64,000 bases of DNA from Corallochytrium limacisporum Hawaii (lineage: Eukaryota > Protista > Pluriformea): positions 1 through 64,000 of the forward strand of contig PDIP01000026.1 of NCBI GenBank assembly GCA_002811645.1. The letters are read 5' to 3'. Both the position numbers and the translations under genes were made by a program. The notes beneath the pieces were generated by a model. It was given only the letters and a program-made list of their open reading frames with translations, was not told the DNA's origin and searched no databases. Below, one piece after another: positions 53,532 to 64,000 of the stretch. How positions within the stretch are numbered: position 1 is the first letter of the stretch; the number at the start of each line of letters is the position of its first letter.

Positions 53532-55397
53532 ATGGGTGTACACGGAGCCGCAGCACTGGAACCCTTACCAGCCATGAACATGCCCAAGGACTCCTTGGGG
53601 ACGAGGCCACCGCCGCAGCGGACAGTCTCTGAGCCGGGTACAAGTAGCGGTGAAGATGTTCTGAGTACGAAAGGAAAACGTGAAGGGAAGGATGGCGCGT
53701 CTCAGAAAGTGGTTGATGCATTTGCGAGCTTGCTCAACGAAGTGCAACATGACGCAACCGACCACTATCCGGAATTCCTCGCCTGCATTCGCGAAGGTGA
53801 CGAAAACCGCGTGCGTGAAATGCTTAGCACACACGAAGCCGATGTTAACGACCCAGAATGGAATCGCGTCGTGCTAAGCGAGAATTTTGGCCATGCCTTG
53901 GGTGACAGTGTGCCTGTTGGCCTAGCAGCCTACCATGGACATTCGGTGATCCTCGATATGCTTTTGGCCGCCGGTGCCGACATTCACCGCAGGCTCAACA
54001 CTGGTATTCGTAGCCGTAAACGGCCCACCGAGCTCAAGGGCATTCGTAAATGCGCGATTCATTTGGCCGTCCAAGGCGGTCACGAGGACTCCCTTATGGT
54101 TCTGCTAGAGCACGGGGCGGACATTGACGAAATGAGCGAGGAGGGCACTCCCATCGTCCTCGCGGCGCTTTGCAAGAAAATCACTATTGTTGAATACCTT
54201 TTTGCTTGCGGTGCGGACCCGGATGCGTACGATGAGTCAGGAAACACTGTCTTACATATCTTGGCCGAGAACGGCGGCCCTGTCGACCTCATGCGCATTG
54301 CTATTGATGCCGGGGCTGAGGTTGAGCGTACTAACCGGTATGGCCTGACACCGGCTGCCTGGGCCATTGAGAAACTGTCTCTCTCGGCAAACTATAATGC
54401 GTACACCACCTCGGAGTTGGATCAGGTATTGCTCTTGCTTCTGGAGGCGGGCACCAACCCAATCCGCTTGCAGTGCCGCCGCCGCAATACACGGAACAGT
54501 GCAGACCGCAGTTACACAGCGACACTTCTGCACTACCTCGTGGACTCCAAGTGTGATCCGGAGACTACTCTTCTTGCTCTGCAATTTTGTCCTCGGGTCG
54601 ACGTGCTAGACTCGAACGGCAAGACACCATTATTCCTAGCTACTGAGCGGTGCACCTCTCTGCTGGTCCTGCAGCACTTGGTTGATACAGTCTCTGACCC
54701 CGCAACACGGAAACTTGAGGAACATTCTTCGACAAAGACGCAGCGGGGCCTTGTGAAGCCAATGGGTAATCTTGGTGCGCAGTCATCGAGTGCAGGCGCC
54801 AGCGACGGAAAGAACGGCAACCCCAACACCAACAATGGGAAGGATTCCATGGGAAGGCCAATAGACTCGGCAATGGGCGATAAGGGTGAGAATCAGAAGG
54901 CGCCTTTGCTGCGGCAGAAGTCGCACCCGGAGCAGTCGTCCAGCGGCCTCGCTAGTGTTGCTGATGGTGTCGACAAGATAAGCCTGAACAGCGAACCGTT
55001 TGGAGAGACTGGTGGAAAACTGACTGAGCGTCGGACCAATCAACATGTCACCCGCCCGAGCCCGCTGAGGTCTACGAGCACCACAGCTGAGACTCCGTTC
55101 TACCTCGCCGTGGAATACGTAAGGGCATTGCAGACGGTCCATTTTCTGCTTGAGCACGGCGCGGACCCAAACGTGCCGGATCCTCAACAGAAAACCTGTC
55201 TGCATTTGTGTGTGAATCGCTACTGTCAGAGCAAGAGCGTCAGTAACGATTTCCTTGCAGTTGTGACTGCCCTGCTCAAGGCCGGTGCGGACATCGATGC
55301 CGAGGACATCCGCGGCCACACTGTACTTCAGATCGCAGAGAGTCACCAGAATACTCAGATTTTGAACATTATTCACAAGCATCGTGACGTCAACTGA
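53532..55397 (+). CDS. Ankyrin-repeat protein
   Basis: Repeated motifs GNTVLH, GKTPLF, LLEHGADPN, LLKAGADID, with a low-complexity insert. Confidence 0.9.
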   Translation: MGVHGAAALEPLPAMNMPKDSLGTRPPPQRTVSEPGTSSGEDVLSTKGKREGKDGASQKVVDAFASLLNEVQHDATDHYPEFLACIREGDENRVREMLSTHEADVNDPEWNRVVLSENFGHALGDSVPVGLAAYHGHSVILDMLLAAGADIHRRLNTGIRSRKRPTELKGIRKCAIHLAVQGGHEDSLMVLLEHGADIDEMSEEGTPIVLAALCKKITIVEYLFACGADPDAYDESGNTVLHILAENGGPVDLMRIAIDAGAEVERTNRYGLTPAAWAIEKLSLSANYNAYTTSELDQVLLLLLEAGTNPIRLQCRRRNTRNSADRSYTATLLHYLVDSKCDPETTLLALQFCPRVDVLDSNGKTPLFLATERCTSLLVLQHLVDTVSDPATRKLEEHSSTKTQRGLVKPMGNLGAQSSSAGASDGKNGNPNTNNGKDSMGRPIDSAMGDKGENQKAPLLRQKSHPEQSSSGLASVADGVDKISLNSEPFGETGGKLTERRTNQHVTRPSPLRSTSTTAETPFYLAVEYVRALQTVHFLLEHGADPNVPDPQQKTCLHLCVNRYCQSKSVSNDFLAVVTALLKAGADIDAEDIRGHTVLQIAESHQNTQILNIIHKHRDVN

Positions 55398-55545
55398 AAG
55401 TCTGTCCCCTCACATTAGTCAATAGAGTCAAATGCCAATTGGGCGTCCATACTTCTCCCTACAAGGGTTTGCTAATGCTATTGCGTAATGATTTTAATAC
55501 GTGCGTGCTGGATATTTTTTTTTCCTCATTTCTTATCTACGCCTT

Positions 55546-56166
55546 TCAGACCTCCCGCTTGAGCCCACGGGATGGCAACATGCTTTCTTTCTGTCTTCCG
55601 ATCCACTGGAAGATGCTCAAAAGTCCCTGTCGTTTGCTGCCTCCCTTACCAAAACCACCGCTCACCATGCCAGACCCACTGGATCCAAGATCTTGCGTAC
55701 TAATTACTGCGGTGGGCAGGGTGTTTTCATTCGCACTCAAGCTGAGGAAATACAGGAAGGGCACCAACCAAACGCAGATCGTGAAATACGCAACAACTTC
55801 TGAAAACGGGTACCAAACTTCCCCGAAATACCGAAAAACAAAGTAATGATGCAAAATGGCAATGGCTGCGCTGCCTAGAAATTGAGGACTAACAAAGTCG
55901 AAGTACGGAAACTTGTCGAGGAGTGTGGTGTACAGCACCAATGCGACTAAGCCCAAGCCTGTGATCCACAGAGGTACCCGTTCAAAGACCAGGAATCCTA
56001 TCTGAATGATTCCCACTGCCATGATTGTGATTTGAATACCCTTCCTGGTCATGACCGTGTACTCTTCAACCAACTCTGCAAGATAGTACAAACCACAAGC
56101 CAGGCACAGAGTGGCGAGCAACACGTACAGTCCTGCTGACACCCAACTCAAGAGCCACAGATACAT
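55546..56166 (-). CDS. TEX261: TEX261/Svp26 ER-Golgi cargo adaptor
   Basis: LACGLYYLAELVEEYTV, AYFTICVWLVPF..FLSLSANENTLP. Confidence 0.95.
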   Translation of the reverse strand: MYLWLLSWVSAGLYVLLATLCLACGLYYLAELVEEYTVMTRKGIQITIMAVGIIQIGFLVFERVPLWITGLGLVALVLYTTLLDKFPYFDFVSPQFLGSAAIAILHHYFVFRYFGEVWYPFSEVVAYFTICVWLVPFLYFLSLSANENTLPTAVISTQDLGSSGSGMVSGGFGKGGSKRQGLLSIFQWIGRQKESMLPSRGLKREV

Positions 56167-56923
56167 GGTCGCAGATGATCGTATGTCCAATTCGGGCAGA
56201 ACTACGAAAGGTTTTCTCTACGTGTTTTGTTTTAAATTGTTATCTAAGCCCATGACCCGATCCCGAGGCTTTGCATGATTTCACGTCCTTACCAAACCGC
56301 AAAACCGCCGTCGATTCTTTAAAGCCAAGACCTTTCGAAGAAAGTCTATTAATTCAGGTGCATTCTCACTATTGTAGCTCCAAGCTCCACGAAATGCTTA
56401 TGATCCGACTTCCAAATAGCCCAAACTGAAAGTTTTGGCTCCAGACTCCTTTGCCACGTCGATGTGCTACTGCGTCACCACCTATTCCGGCGTTCCCCCT
56501 ACCCCAAAAGCCGGGCCGCTTGCGCCACCTCACGGCCCCCCCCCCCTTTCCCTCTCTCCACCCAACGGGGGACCGCTCGCTTCGAAATTCCTGTCCCTTC
56601 GCCGGGCTCGTGACTATATGGCGGACCGTTGGCTGTGGTACACTGCGGTAACAGCAACACCCCCCCCGGGGGAAAGGCGCGAGCAAGGTGCGGTTGGTGC
56701 AAGGCAGAGGGACCTGCAGTGGCACAGCGTCCAGCGCAGGGGTGCTCTGGCACTACCTGCGGCTCCACTCGCACCGCTGCAGAAAGAAGAGTAAGGAAAG
56801 AAATGGCCGGAATGCCCTTTGACAGAGACAGGCATGAACGGGACTTGGGATTATCGAAAGGGGTCGACTTTATGTAGGGCAGTTTGGTTTATATATATAT
56901 GCAAAGCTTGCACTGGTCCATTG

Positions 56924-58093
56924 TCATCCGAGCGAGATCACTTGCTGTGCAGCGGCTGTGCTGTCCGTGGTTGTAGTAGTTCCTGATCTGTCACCGGTGT
57001 CTCCGTCGGCCTCGACAGCGACTGGGAACGGTCCAAACAGACGGCAGGCGTCTGGCTGATCAAGGAAGCACTCGTACTCGTCTACCGGAAGAACAAACGG
57101 CCATCCACAGTTGCATCGTGATCGTGCAATGGCACCATGTCCCTCAATCTGTCGCAAACTGCCTGACACGAGCACATGCCGCAAAAGCGGGAGGTCGGCC
57201 AACACGTCGTACCGTTCGTATGGGAAGTACGTCTCCAGATTCGATGGTAGTTGTGGACAGGCAAGAATCTCTAGCGCTGGACAAGACTCAATGAGGTGCC
57301 GTAGGCGCGGTAGAGACCAATGCATTTCGTCACGGAAGAACAAGGATCGGATCTTCGCCGGTGAATCTGGATGCTCAATGTTCTGTAACCGTAACTCGTC
57401 CAGCCAGACATCCACTACTTCCGGATCATTCTCGTACCATTCGAAGTAGCTCAGTTCACGAAGGACGGTGCCAATGAAACGAATCGCCGGCCGACCAAGT
57501 TGGGACTGTTGGATACGTAATTGGTACAGGTTTCGGTGGGACTGCAACAGATCTTCCCGGTCAAAAGACATGTAGGGACACACATCTTCGATGCAGAAAA
57601 GGTCGAGGGTCTCCAGGCGGGTGATTTTCTTGATGCTGTTAAGGATTGGTACCATTGGGCTGCTGATGTGATGTAAGTACAACGCCACCAAAGGAGAGTC
57701 TGCCAGCGCTGCAAGGCCGCTTTCGAGTTCGTCCCTGAAGTTGCAACCCCACCCACCAATCTCGAGAAACCGCAAGGCCTGCAAGCGCGCGGTCCATCGC
57801 AGTGGTGTCTCAATTTTTTCGATACCTTCCAAACGCAGGACAGAGATGCTCTTCTGAATCGCAGTTCTGAAGGCATTGCACATGTTTGACATTTGCATAA
57901 CCGCCTTGAGCTCTTCTCGACCTCGGTTGCAGTTGACATCGGACCAATCGACGAGCTCATGCTCAGTTTTGGTGGTGGCGATCTTACCTCCACCGTTACG
58001 CGCGGGTCGTTCCCGCGTAAAAACCAGATCCAGAACCTGGGCGACCAGTTCTGGCGGTAGATCGTTAAAATCTTTCATCTCCTTTGTATGCAT
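56924..58093 (-). CDS. F-box/LRR-like protein
   Basis: N-terminal FNDLPPELVAQVL; LxxLxL repeats (LETLDL, LYQLRI, CPALEIL). Confidence 0.7.
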   Translation of the reverse strand: MHTKEMKDFNDLPPELVAQVLDLVFTRERPARNGGGKIATTKTEHELVDWSDVNCNRGREELKAVMQMSNMCNAFRTAIQKSISVLRLEGIEKIETPLRWTARLQALRFLEIGGWGCNFRDELESGLAALADSPLVALYLHHISSPMVPILNSIKKITRLETLDLFCIEDVCPYMSFDREDLLQSHRNLYQLRIQQSQLGRPAIRFIGTVLRELSYFEWYENDPEVVDVWLDELRLQNIEHPDSPAKIRSLFFRDEMHWSLPRLRHLIESCPALEILACPQLPSNLETYFPYERYDVLADLPLLRHVLVSGSLRQIEGHGAIARSRCNCGWPFVLPVDEYECFLDQPDACRLFGPFPVAVEADGDTGDRSGTTTTTDSTAAAQQVISLG

Positions 58094-58530
58094 TTCCCAA
58101 ACCGTTCTCCATACTGTTTACGACTGAGAGATGTCCCAGTCACGTCATTGCCCGCCGCCCAATTTTCCGCTGACACCAAAATGTACAGTTCCATCCTTAC
58201 AACTTTGGATGCCGTTCTTAGGTTTTCAACATCAAATACACGTACACACAACCTTGGGCTACATAGTCGTCGCCGTCTCCGAACCAAGAGCGGAAAAGGA
58301 TTCACAGGTCGCTAGAGCTTTCGAAATGGCGCGACACTGCTGCGCACCCGCTCCCTCCCTCTCATCATCCTCCTCCCNNNNNNNNNNNNNNNNNNNNNNN
58401 NNNNNNNNNNNNNNNNNNNNNNNNNNNNNNNNNNNNNNNNNNNNNNNNNNNNNNNNNNNNNNNNNNNNNNNNNNNNNNNNNNNNNNNNNNNNNNNNNNNN
58501 NNNNNNNNNNNNNNNNNNNNNNNNNNNNNN

Positions 58531-58596
<66 letters not shown>

Positions 58597-58626
58597 CCCC
58601 CCCCCCCCCCCCCCCCCCCCCGGGGG
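58531..58626. repeat. About 90-nt poly(C) followed by G5, next to an N-gap, in the divergent F-box/SNM1A spacer
   Basis: Sequence is read directly; the run length is unreliable. Confidence 0.7.
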
Positions 58627-59107
58627 CATCGGCGGGCTGCCCTTCGAAGGCTGGCCAGCGGGGAGAGGGAGACCCGCAGTCCCGGGCCTAGGCCTCGCCA
58701 TCGGCGATGGGGCTGCCCCCCCTCCCGGGCCGGCCTCTTTTCGTCAGGCCTCGCCCCCCAACCCTCTTTCAGCGGCCTGAGTCTGACCCGGGCTTCCTCT
58801 GAGCACACAGTGGCGGCCCCAAGTCCGCTAGGCCAGTTCTCCGGTTGATGCATGTTGTCCGCAGTCCGTCGTGGTTCTGAGAATGTAAACAATGATGGTA
58901 GATGGCTGTGTGCAAGTATTAGAATAGTTTTTCCAAAAGATAAATGAACTTCCTGAGTGCGTCTTGCATGGGAGAGGTTTGAGTACTCGATGGGAAAGAA
59001 TGATGGATCTGTGACCAATTGACCGAACTGTAAGGGCGTTTCGGTGAGAGACGACTTTGTCGCAGTAAAGCATATAGACATGTAAGGTTCAAACGTTCCA
59101 CATAAGA

Positions 59108-61792
59108 ATGTCTTTAGATAAGAATGCGAAAAATTCGTTGGCGTCTGATCTGGCAGATAGTCTGCGCAGGGAAAGCGCACTAGAAGCAAAGGAGCAGCGT
59201 TTGGTGTCCAGCTGGCTGGATGACCCTAACGCAGAGGCATTGGATGGTAGTGACAGAGATTCCATGGATGATGACTTTATGCCAATGACCTTTGATGCCG
59301 TACAAGACTCTAAGCCCTTGGCAACAAGCCTAACAAAAGCAAACATCCAGAAGAAATTGACAAAAGCTCGCCAACATCGACGCCGGCGCAACGGAGCGGG
59401 ACGAGCCGACCTGCATCACCAACCCTCCAGCGTTGTTCTAGCCGAATACGTCGCGCAGGCACGAAGTAAGGCTTTTCAATTTGATCGTGGTGACATTGAT
59501 GAGGTTAAAGAAGACGGTCACCATGCGGTGATCCAAGACGACATGCAGGAAAAATGCCCTTTACTGCCGAAGGCTGTGAAAAGGGAGGAAGAGCCCATGC
59601 ACGGTAGGTCCTGGAGCAAACTGGTTTTTCCTTTGAACGCAAGTGGTAGTAGCAACACCTTCACATCTCTCCTGAACGCCAGAGGAGATGGTTTCCAACA
59701 CAGCGGCTCGAATCAGAACTTGAAGGAAGCGGCAGATGGCCAGGAGAATGACAGCTCTGCGAGCCTCGCACGGTCGGACAGCTCTATTAGCGTCAGTACT
59801 GCGACGGCGGGGATACGTTGTCCTGTGTGTCAATGGCCTCATGCGAATGGAGTGCATGTCATGGCATGTATCGAATCCTTCTCCCATCCGATGCTTCCTT
59901 GCCCTGATGAAGCCTACTGCGACAACGGCAACGAGGATCACTATGCAGAGTTTAACCACCACACCTTGGCGGAAGCGGTTGCCATACAGGACGATGACAG
60001 CCATTTTGAATTAGAGAATGGATCTTCTGTGTCTGCTGTAGAAGAGCCGTCAATGAAGGGAGATGCTGTAGAAACGGAATTGCCCACAAAGAATCTTCAG
60101 GTACACAGGCACAAGCGCAAGGGTCCCAGTGATGATTTGGACTCGCAGCCCGAGCAGGCCATCACAGGTTTAAAGCGCAGGCCCAAGCAAGGCCACCTAG
60201 GCGGATTTCTGAATCTTCCACAAGAGTTACAAGAGAAGCGGCTGACGCCGGCCCAGGTCCATGCACGGAAGCGCATAGAACAGCGGAAGAAGCGCCGCGA
60301 AGCCATGGCCAAACTCAGAGCTCGGGAACCGGAATGGTTAGAGGACCCTGAGGGTGAAATTGGGCCACCGAAGCCTAAAGGTGACGGTGATATGTATGTA
60401 GAGGCTGGCAATACCGATGAAAAGATCGCAAAGACCAAAGATCCACGGATCATGGACGTGGTAACCGAGCGGTTGGAGAAGCAGCAGCAACCGCAAACCC
60501 CCCGCAAGTGTCCCTTTTACAAATGGATCCCTGCCACAAAGTTCACGGTTGATGCCTTCATGTATGGCAAAGTAGAAAGATGTACCCACTACTTCCTCAG
60601 CCATTTTCATTCTGACCACTACGGAGGGCTGACCAAGCACTTTGATCACGGAAAAATTGTGTGCAACCAGGTCACGGCCAATCTGGTCAACTCTAAGCTT
60701 GGTGTTGCCTGGGAGAAGATCACCGTAGTCCCCATGCGCAAGGGTGTGGAATTTCCGGGCGGCGTTGAGGTGGTGGTTGTTGACGCGAACCACTGCCCCG
60801 GCGCGGCTATGTTTGTATTTAAGCTGCGAGACGGACGCACGTACCTGCATACCGGCGATTTCCGTGCGAACCCCTTTATGCACAAGTGGCCGAGCCTGCG
60901 GGGGATTCGCTTTGATGGCGTGTTCCTCGACACGACGTACTGCAACCCACGGTACAATTTTCCGGACCAGCGCGAGGTGCTGAACTTTGTGCAGCACATT
61001 GTGGCGCGTGAAGAGAGACGTGTGCCGGGCGGGCGCATTCTCTACATTTGCGGGACGTACCTGATTGGCAAGGAGAAGGTCTTTAACGCGGTGGCGGATG
61101 CTATAAGTCGCCCTCGACGGGACATTGATGGACATGTTGTGGAGGAAGGTGAGCACCACACTACGGACAACACGGACAGTTTTGCGAAGGATACAGGTAT
61201 CAGTAATGTGTTGACTAAGGCGATCCGTCGCTCGTCCGGTGACGCCCCCGCCCGGCCCGCCAAGAGATTCCTTGACCGGACAGACGACTACCTCGACCTC
61301 GATACTGGCCGAGCGCGCATCCACTGCGACCGGGCCAAAATGCGCACGCTGTCACTGTTGCAGATGCCTGAGCTGCTGTCCCGCTGCTCGTGCGACGATC
61401 CTGCAGGCGCTCGGGTCCACGTGCGGCCCATTTTCGCAGCCAAATCTGAGTTCATGCATAAGCTGCTGAGGGAATACAGATTCCGTGATCCAGAGACTGG
61501 TGAAGTGCACCCGCGCTTCACTCAGATAGTCGCCTTCAGGCCTACCGGGTGGACTTTCAGCCAGTCCAAGCCGTTGAGTATGATCCAACCACAGATTAAT
61601 GGTAACGTCCGCACCTATGGCGTGCCATATAGCGAGCATTCCTCCTACGGAGAGCTTAAGGCCTTCATCCAGTTCCTGAGACCACACCGCATCATACCCA
61701 CCGTCAACGTCGGCAGCGCACGATCTCGGGCACTCATGGAGGCAGAGTTCCGCAAATGGCTCGGTAAATCGTCGGACAACGATAAGGAATAA
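59108..61792 (+). CDS. DCLRE1A: DNA cross-link repair nuclease SNM1A/Pso2 (MBL/beta-CASP) with UBZ- and PBZ-like zinc fingers
   Basis: CPFYK.IP, HFHSDHYGG, DANHCPG, HTGDFR, LDTTY, VPYSEHSS, IIPTVN; CPVC...H...C and CP...YC...HY.EFNH fingers; PIP-like QGHLGGFL. Confidence 0.95.
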   Translation: MSLDKNAKNSLASDLADSLRRESALEAKEQRLVSSWLDDPNAEALDGSDRDSMDDDFMPMTFDAVQDSKPLATSLTKANIQKKLTKARQHRRRRNGAGRADLHHQPSSVVLAEYVAQARSKAFQFDRGDIDEVKEDGHHAVIQDDMQEKCPLLPKAVKREEEPMHGRSWSKLVFPLNASGSSNTFTSLLNARGDGFQHSGSNQNLKEAADGQENDSSASLARSDSSISVSTATAGIRCPVCQWPHANGVHVMACIESFSHPMLPCPDEAYCDNGNEDHYAEFNHHTLAEAVAIQDDDSHFELENGSSVSAVEEPSMKGDAVETELPTKNLQVHRHKRKGPSDDLDSQPEQAITGLKRRPKQGHLGGFLNLPQELQEKRLTPAQVHARKRIEQRKKRREAMAKLRAREPEWLEDPEGEIGPPKPKGDGDMYVEAGNTDEKIAKTKDPRIMDVVTERLEKQQQPQTPRKCPFYKWIPATKFTVDAFMYGKVERCTHYFLSHFHSDHYGGLTKHFDHGKIVCNQVTANLVNSKLGVAWEKITVVPMRKGVEFPGGVEVVVVDANHCPGAAMFVFKLRDGRTYLHTGDFRANPFMHKWPSLRGIRFDGVFLDTTYCNPRYNFPDQREVLNFVQHIVAREERRVPGGRILYICGTYLIGKEKVFNAVADAISRPRRDIDGHVVEEGEHHTTDNTDSFAKDTGISNVLTKAIRRSSGDAPARPAKRFLDRTDDYLDLDTGRARIHCDRAKMRTLSLLQMPELLSRCSCDDPAGARVHVRPIFAAKSEFMHKLLREYRFRDPETGEVHPRFTQIVAFRPTGWTFSQSKPLSMIQPQINGNVRTYGVPYSEHSSYGELKAFIQFLRPHRIIPTVNVGSARSRALMEAEFRKWLGKSSDNDKE

Positions 61793-62792
61793 GAAATCAA
61801 ACACTTTCAAACGTTAGGTACGGAAGAGCACCCTCTACGTTGAGGTTGAGCGGCAAGCCCCACCTCTGTCTCCCCCAGTCCCTCCTATGGAGAGTAATTG
61901 ATTCCAATAGAATATATTTTTATATATTTATAAGGAATATTTGATTCAAAATTTATTTACATAGGATGCGTCTGAATTATGGACTCTTCTGTCCAGAACC
62001 ATCAAGATGCCCACCGGTCCCCACTTGAATGAATGCAATCTTGGGGTTCTCCCCTGGTCCAAGTCGTGTTGAGTGAGTGGACCGCACTGATCCGGTCTGT
62101 GTGTGTATGGAACCCACTTGTTATACCGCCACTACCTCTACGGTCAACAGAAGGCTCCATCCCTGCACAGGCACACAACACTTCGGCGCATGCCAGTTAC
62201 ACAGACTACCAGCGGAGATAATGCAAATCGATTATCTCTCCTCTCAAAGTATCTACGTCACATATTGAGAACGCTGCTAAGGTGGAACCTGTGCTCTCCA
62301 CGGCTCCTCAGTCTAAGGGTTGACGAATCTCCAAATGAATCCTCCATACACAACCAACTGACTCACAGTCACCAGCAACGATAGGCATCCAACGGAAGTT
62401 AGATGTTCAGCCGTCGAGTGATACGGGCTCGGGCAACTGCACGGATGTCCATATTCAGTAGGTGGGACACACACCGGGGATGGCTATTCATGGCAGACGA
62501 TGTTGCGGTGGCTGCCAAAAAAGCAAAACGCCCCGGGGCACCCGGCTCAACAGACGCGCTCGTTTCTTTTACTTTCGTGCCCCTTATTCATTCTCCGCAC
62601 TGCTTTTCCACCTCTTTTTTTCTTCCCCCCCTTTTTCATTTTTCTCGACCGGCCCGAGAGGCCTTCCCCTCCCCTTCCCGCTCCTCCCGTCTCTTCTCCC
62701 AACTTTTTGCAGCCAAAATTGAAACATAGGAAAGCTCAGGGAGGAGGACAAGAGTTTAAGACGCAAGGCCGAGAGGGGAAGTGGAGGACACG

Positions 62793-62815
62793 CCCCCGGG
62801 GGGGGGGGGGGGGGG
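62793..62815. promoter_or_regulatory. C5G18 island, probably upstream of the next gene or a relic
   Basis: Sequence is read directly. The role is inferred. Confidence 0.4.
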
Positions 62816-63842
62816 AGGTACTACCGGGACAAGAGCGGCGGCTACCTGGGGCCAAATTTTCCCAGCACATGTGGTGGTGTGTGGTGTGTGTTGCGCGGAG
62901 CGTCCCCTTCCAAACATTCACCTCATCATATTTCCATACTTGAAATGGAGCGGGTTGGGGCCACCTACCAAAATAACACCATTGTTAACACACCCTGCTC
63001 ATATTTTTTTTTTGCGGGAAATCGAAAATTCATGACTGACACTAATTATACACACTTACGCGGGATCTCCAAAACCACATATACCTACAATGTACAGTCA
63101 TTGTCCTCATCAGCATAATCATCTCATCACTTTCCACATCCACGGGCAGGACCACTTTCGGATTCACATTCTCTCTTGTCTTAGCGAAAATTGCCCCCCC
63201 TCCCTCACCTCCCCTTTTTTTGCCCCGTTTAAGTGTGTCCTTGCTGACGGCGGCACGCAGCATGGTATAAGGTCAGGCACAACCGGCCGCAGGCATAGAA
63301 TCTAGCATTGCAGGTGTGTCCACACCCGTCTCACCAACTATAATTGATGGTGATTGATGGAGATGGCCATCTACATTTTCCATCACATCCCGACACCCTG
63401 AAAAGAAAATTCAAAAAAAAAAATCCACCAACCGGGAACACACACACGCACACACACCACCTACGGAGAAAAATACCCTAAACTTTAGGTGCGGGACCGT
63501 CCGAAGCAGTTTTGGAAATTCGCTAACATGTGCATCTATACTTTTTTTCTCCACTCTCTCCCGCTTTATACCCGTTTGTTCTGATCTCAGTTGATGAAAC
63601 ATTCTATGCTGACGCGCCCAGTGGAAATGGACACAAACAAAACGGACATAAAAATTCTTTCAATAGGGAGAAGAGGCCAAATCACTCGTATTAGTGGGGA
63701 AGGTTCGGGACGCAACACAGCCACCAGGCCATCTAACCAGCGGAGCGGTCCCGCTGATGCCCTGGCGGTGTATAAAATGGCCCCTGTTTTTTTTTGGGAA
63801 ACAGCAAAAGCCTCTCCCCCTCTCTCCCTCTCTCTCTCTCTC

Positions 63843-63902
63843 TCTCACTTTCTCACTTTCTCACTTTCTCACTTTCTCACTTTCTCACTTTCTCACTTTC
63901 TC
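63843..63902. repeat. (TCTCACTT)7.5 tandem repeat adjoining a (CT)n tract
   Basis: Read directly from the sequence. Confidence 0.9.
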
Positions 63903-64000
63903 CTCTTTGTATATTTTCTTTGTTTCCTGTCCTTCGTTTGCTTCTTTCTTCTTCCTTTTATTCTTGGGCCGTACGCGCTTTGCTTCTTCTATTTTCTTTT

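Noticed and set aside
60338-61324. 328-aa antisense ORF over SNM1A
   Set aside because: GC-rich shadow ORF with no recognisable domain.
1-64000. tRNA, rRNA, snRNA, transposase or reverse transcriptase
   Set aside because: No cloverleaf, rRNA or snRNA consensus, or mobile-element protein motif recognised by eye. Infernal and tRNAscan were not run.

Overview
Gene-dense eukaryotic nuclear DNA that begins with a TTAGGG-type telomeric tract. About 26 protein genes or paralogous copies are present, and no coding sequence needs an intron. A true tyrosine kinase (HRDLAARN) occurs with His and Trp biosynthesis genes in intron-free CDSs. This points to an intron-poor unicellular holozoan such as Corallochytrium (inference only, not tested). 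Recognisable genes: an FG-GAP/EGF/Cys-repeat receptor, SVOP, a 6-copy SLC16/MCT-like MFS tandem array, a membrane-anchored lipase, HisC, STK16, a METTL21-like methyltransferase, DCTPP1, ENOPH1, RPL35A, a stand-alone bacterial-type TrpB, an MGME1-like protein, TVP23, an ENTH-tyrosine kinase, UAP56/DDX39, GUCD1, a Rec8-like kleisin, an ankyrin protein, TEX261, an F-box/LRR protein and SNM1A. Most notable: (1) the first gene runs into the telomere, and the telomeric repeat supplies its stop codon; (2) poly(C)-poly(G) palindromic islands mark nearly every promoter-containing spacer and are absent from 3'-3' spacers; (3) the spacers hold relics of conserved genes, namely a well-preserved orphan ARMC4 C-terminus and decayed OTUD3-like and phosphate-carrier-like traces; (4) an ENTH-TK fusion; (5) an MGME1 that has lost its catalytic residues; (6) a shared G8 frameshift in two MFS copies and an in-frame TAG in the methyltransferase. 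Three N-gaps: 20494-20812, 42962-43166, 58378-58530. All homology calls come from motif recognition from memory; no search was run.
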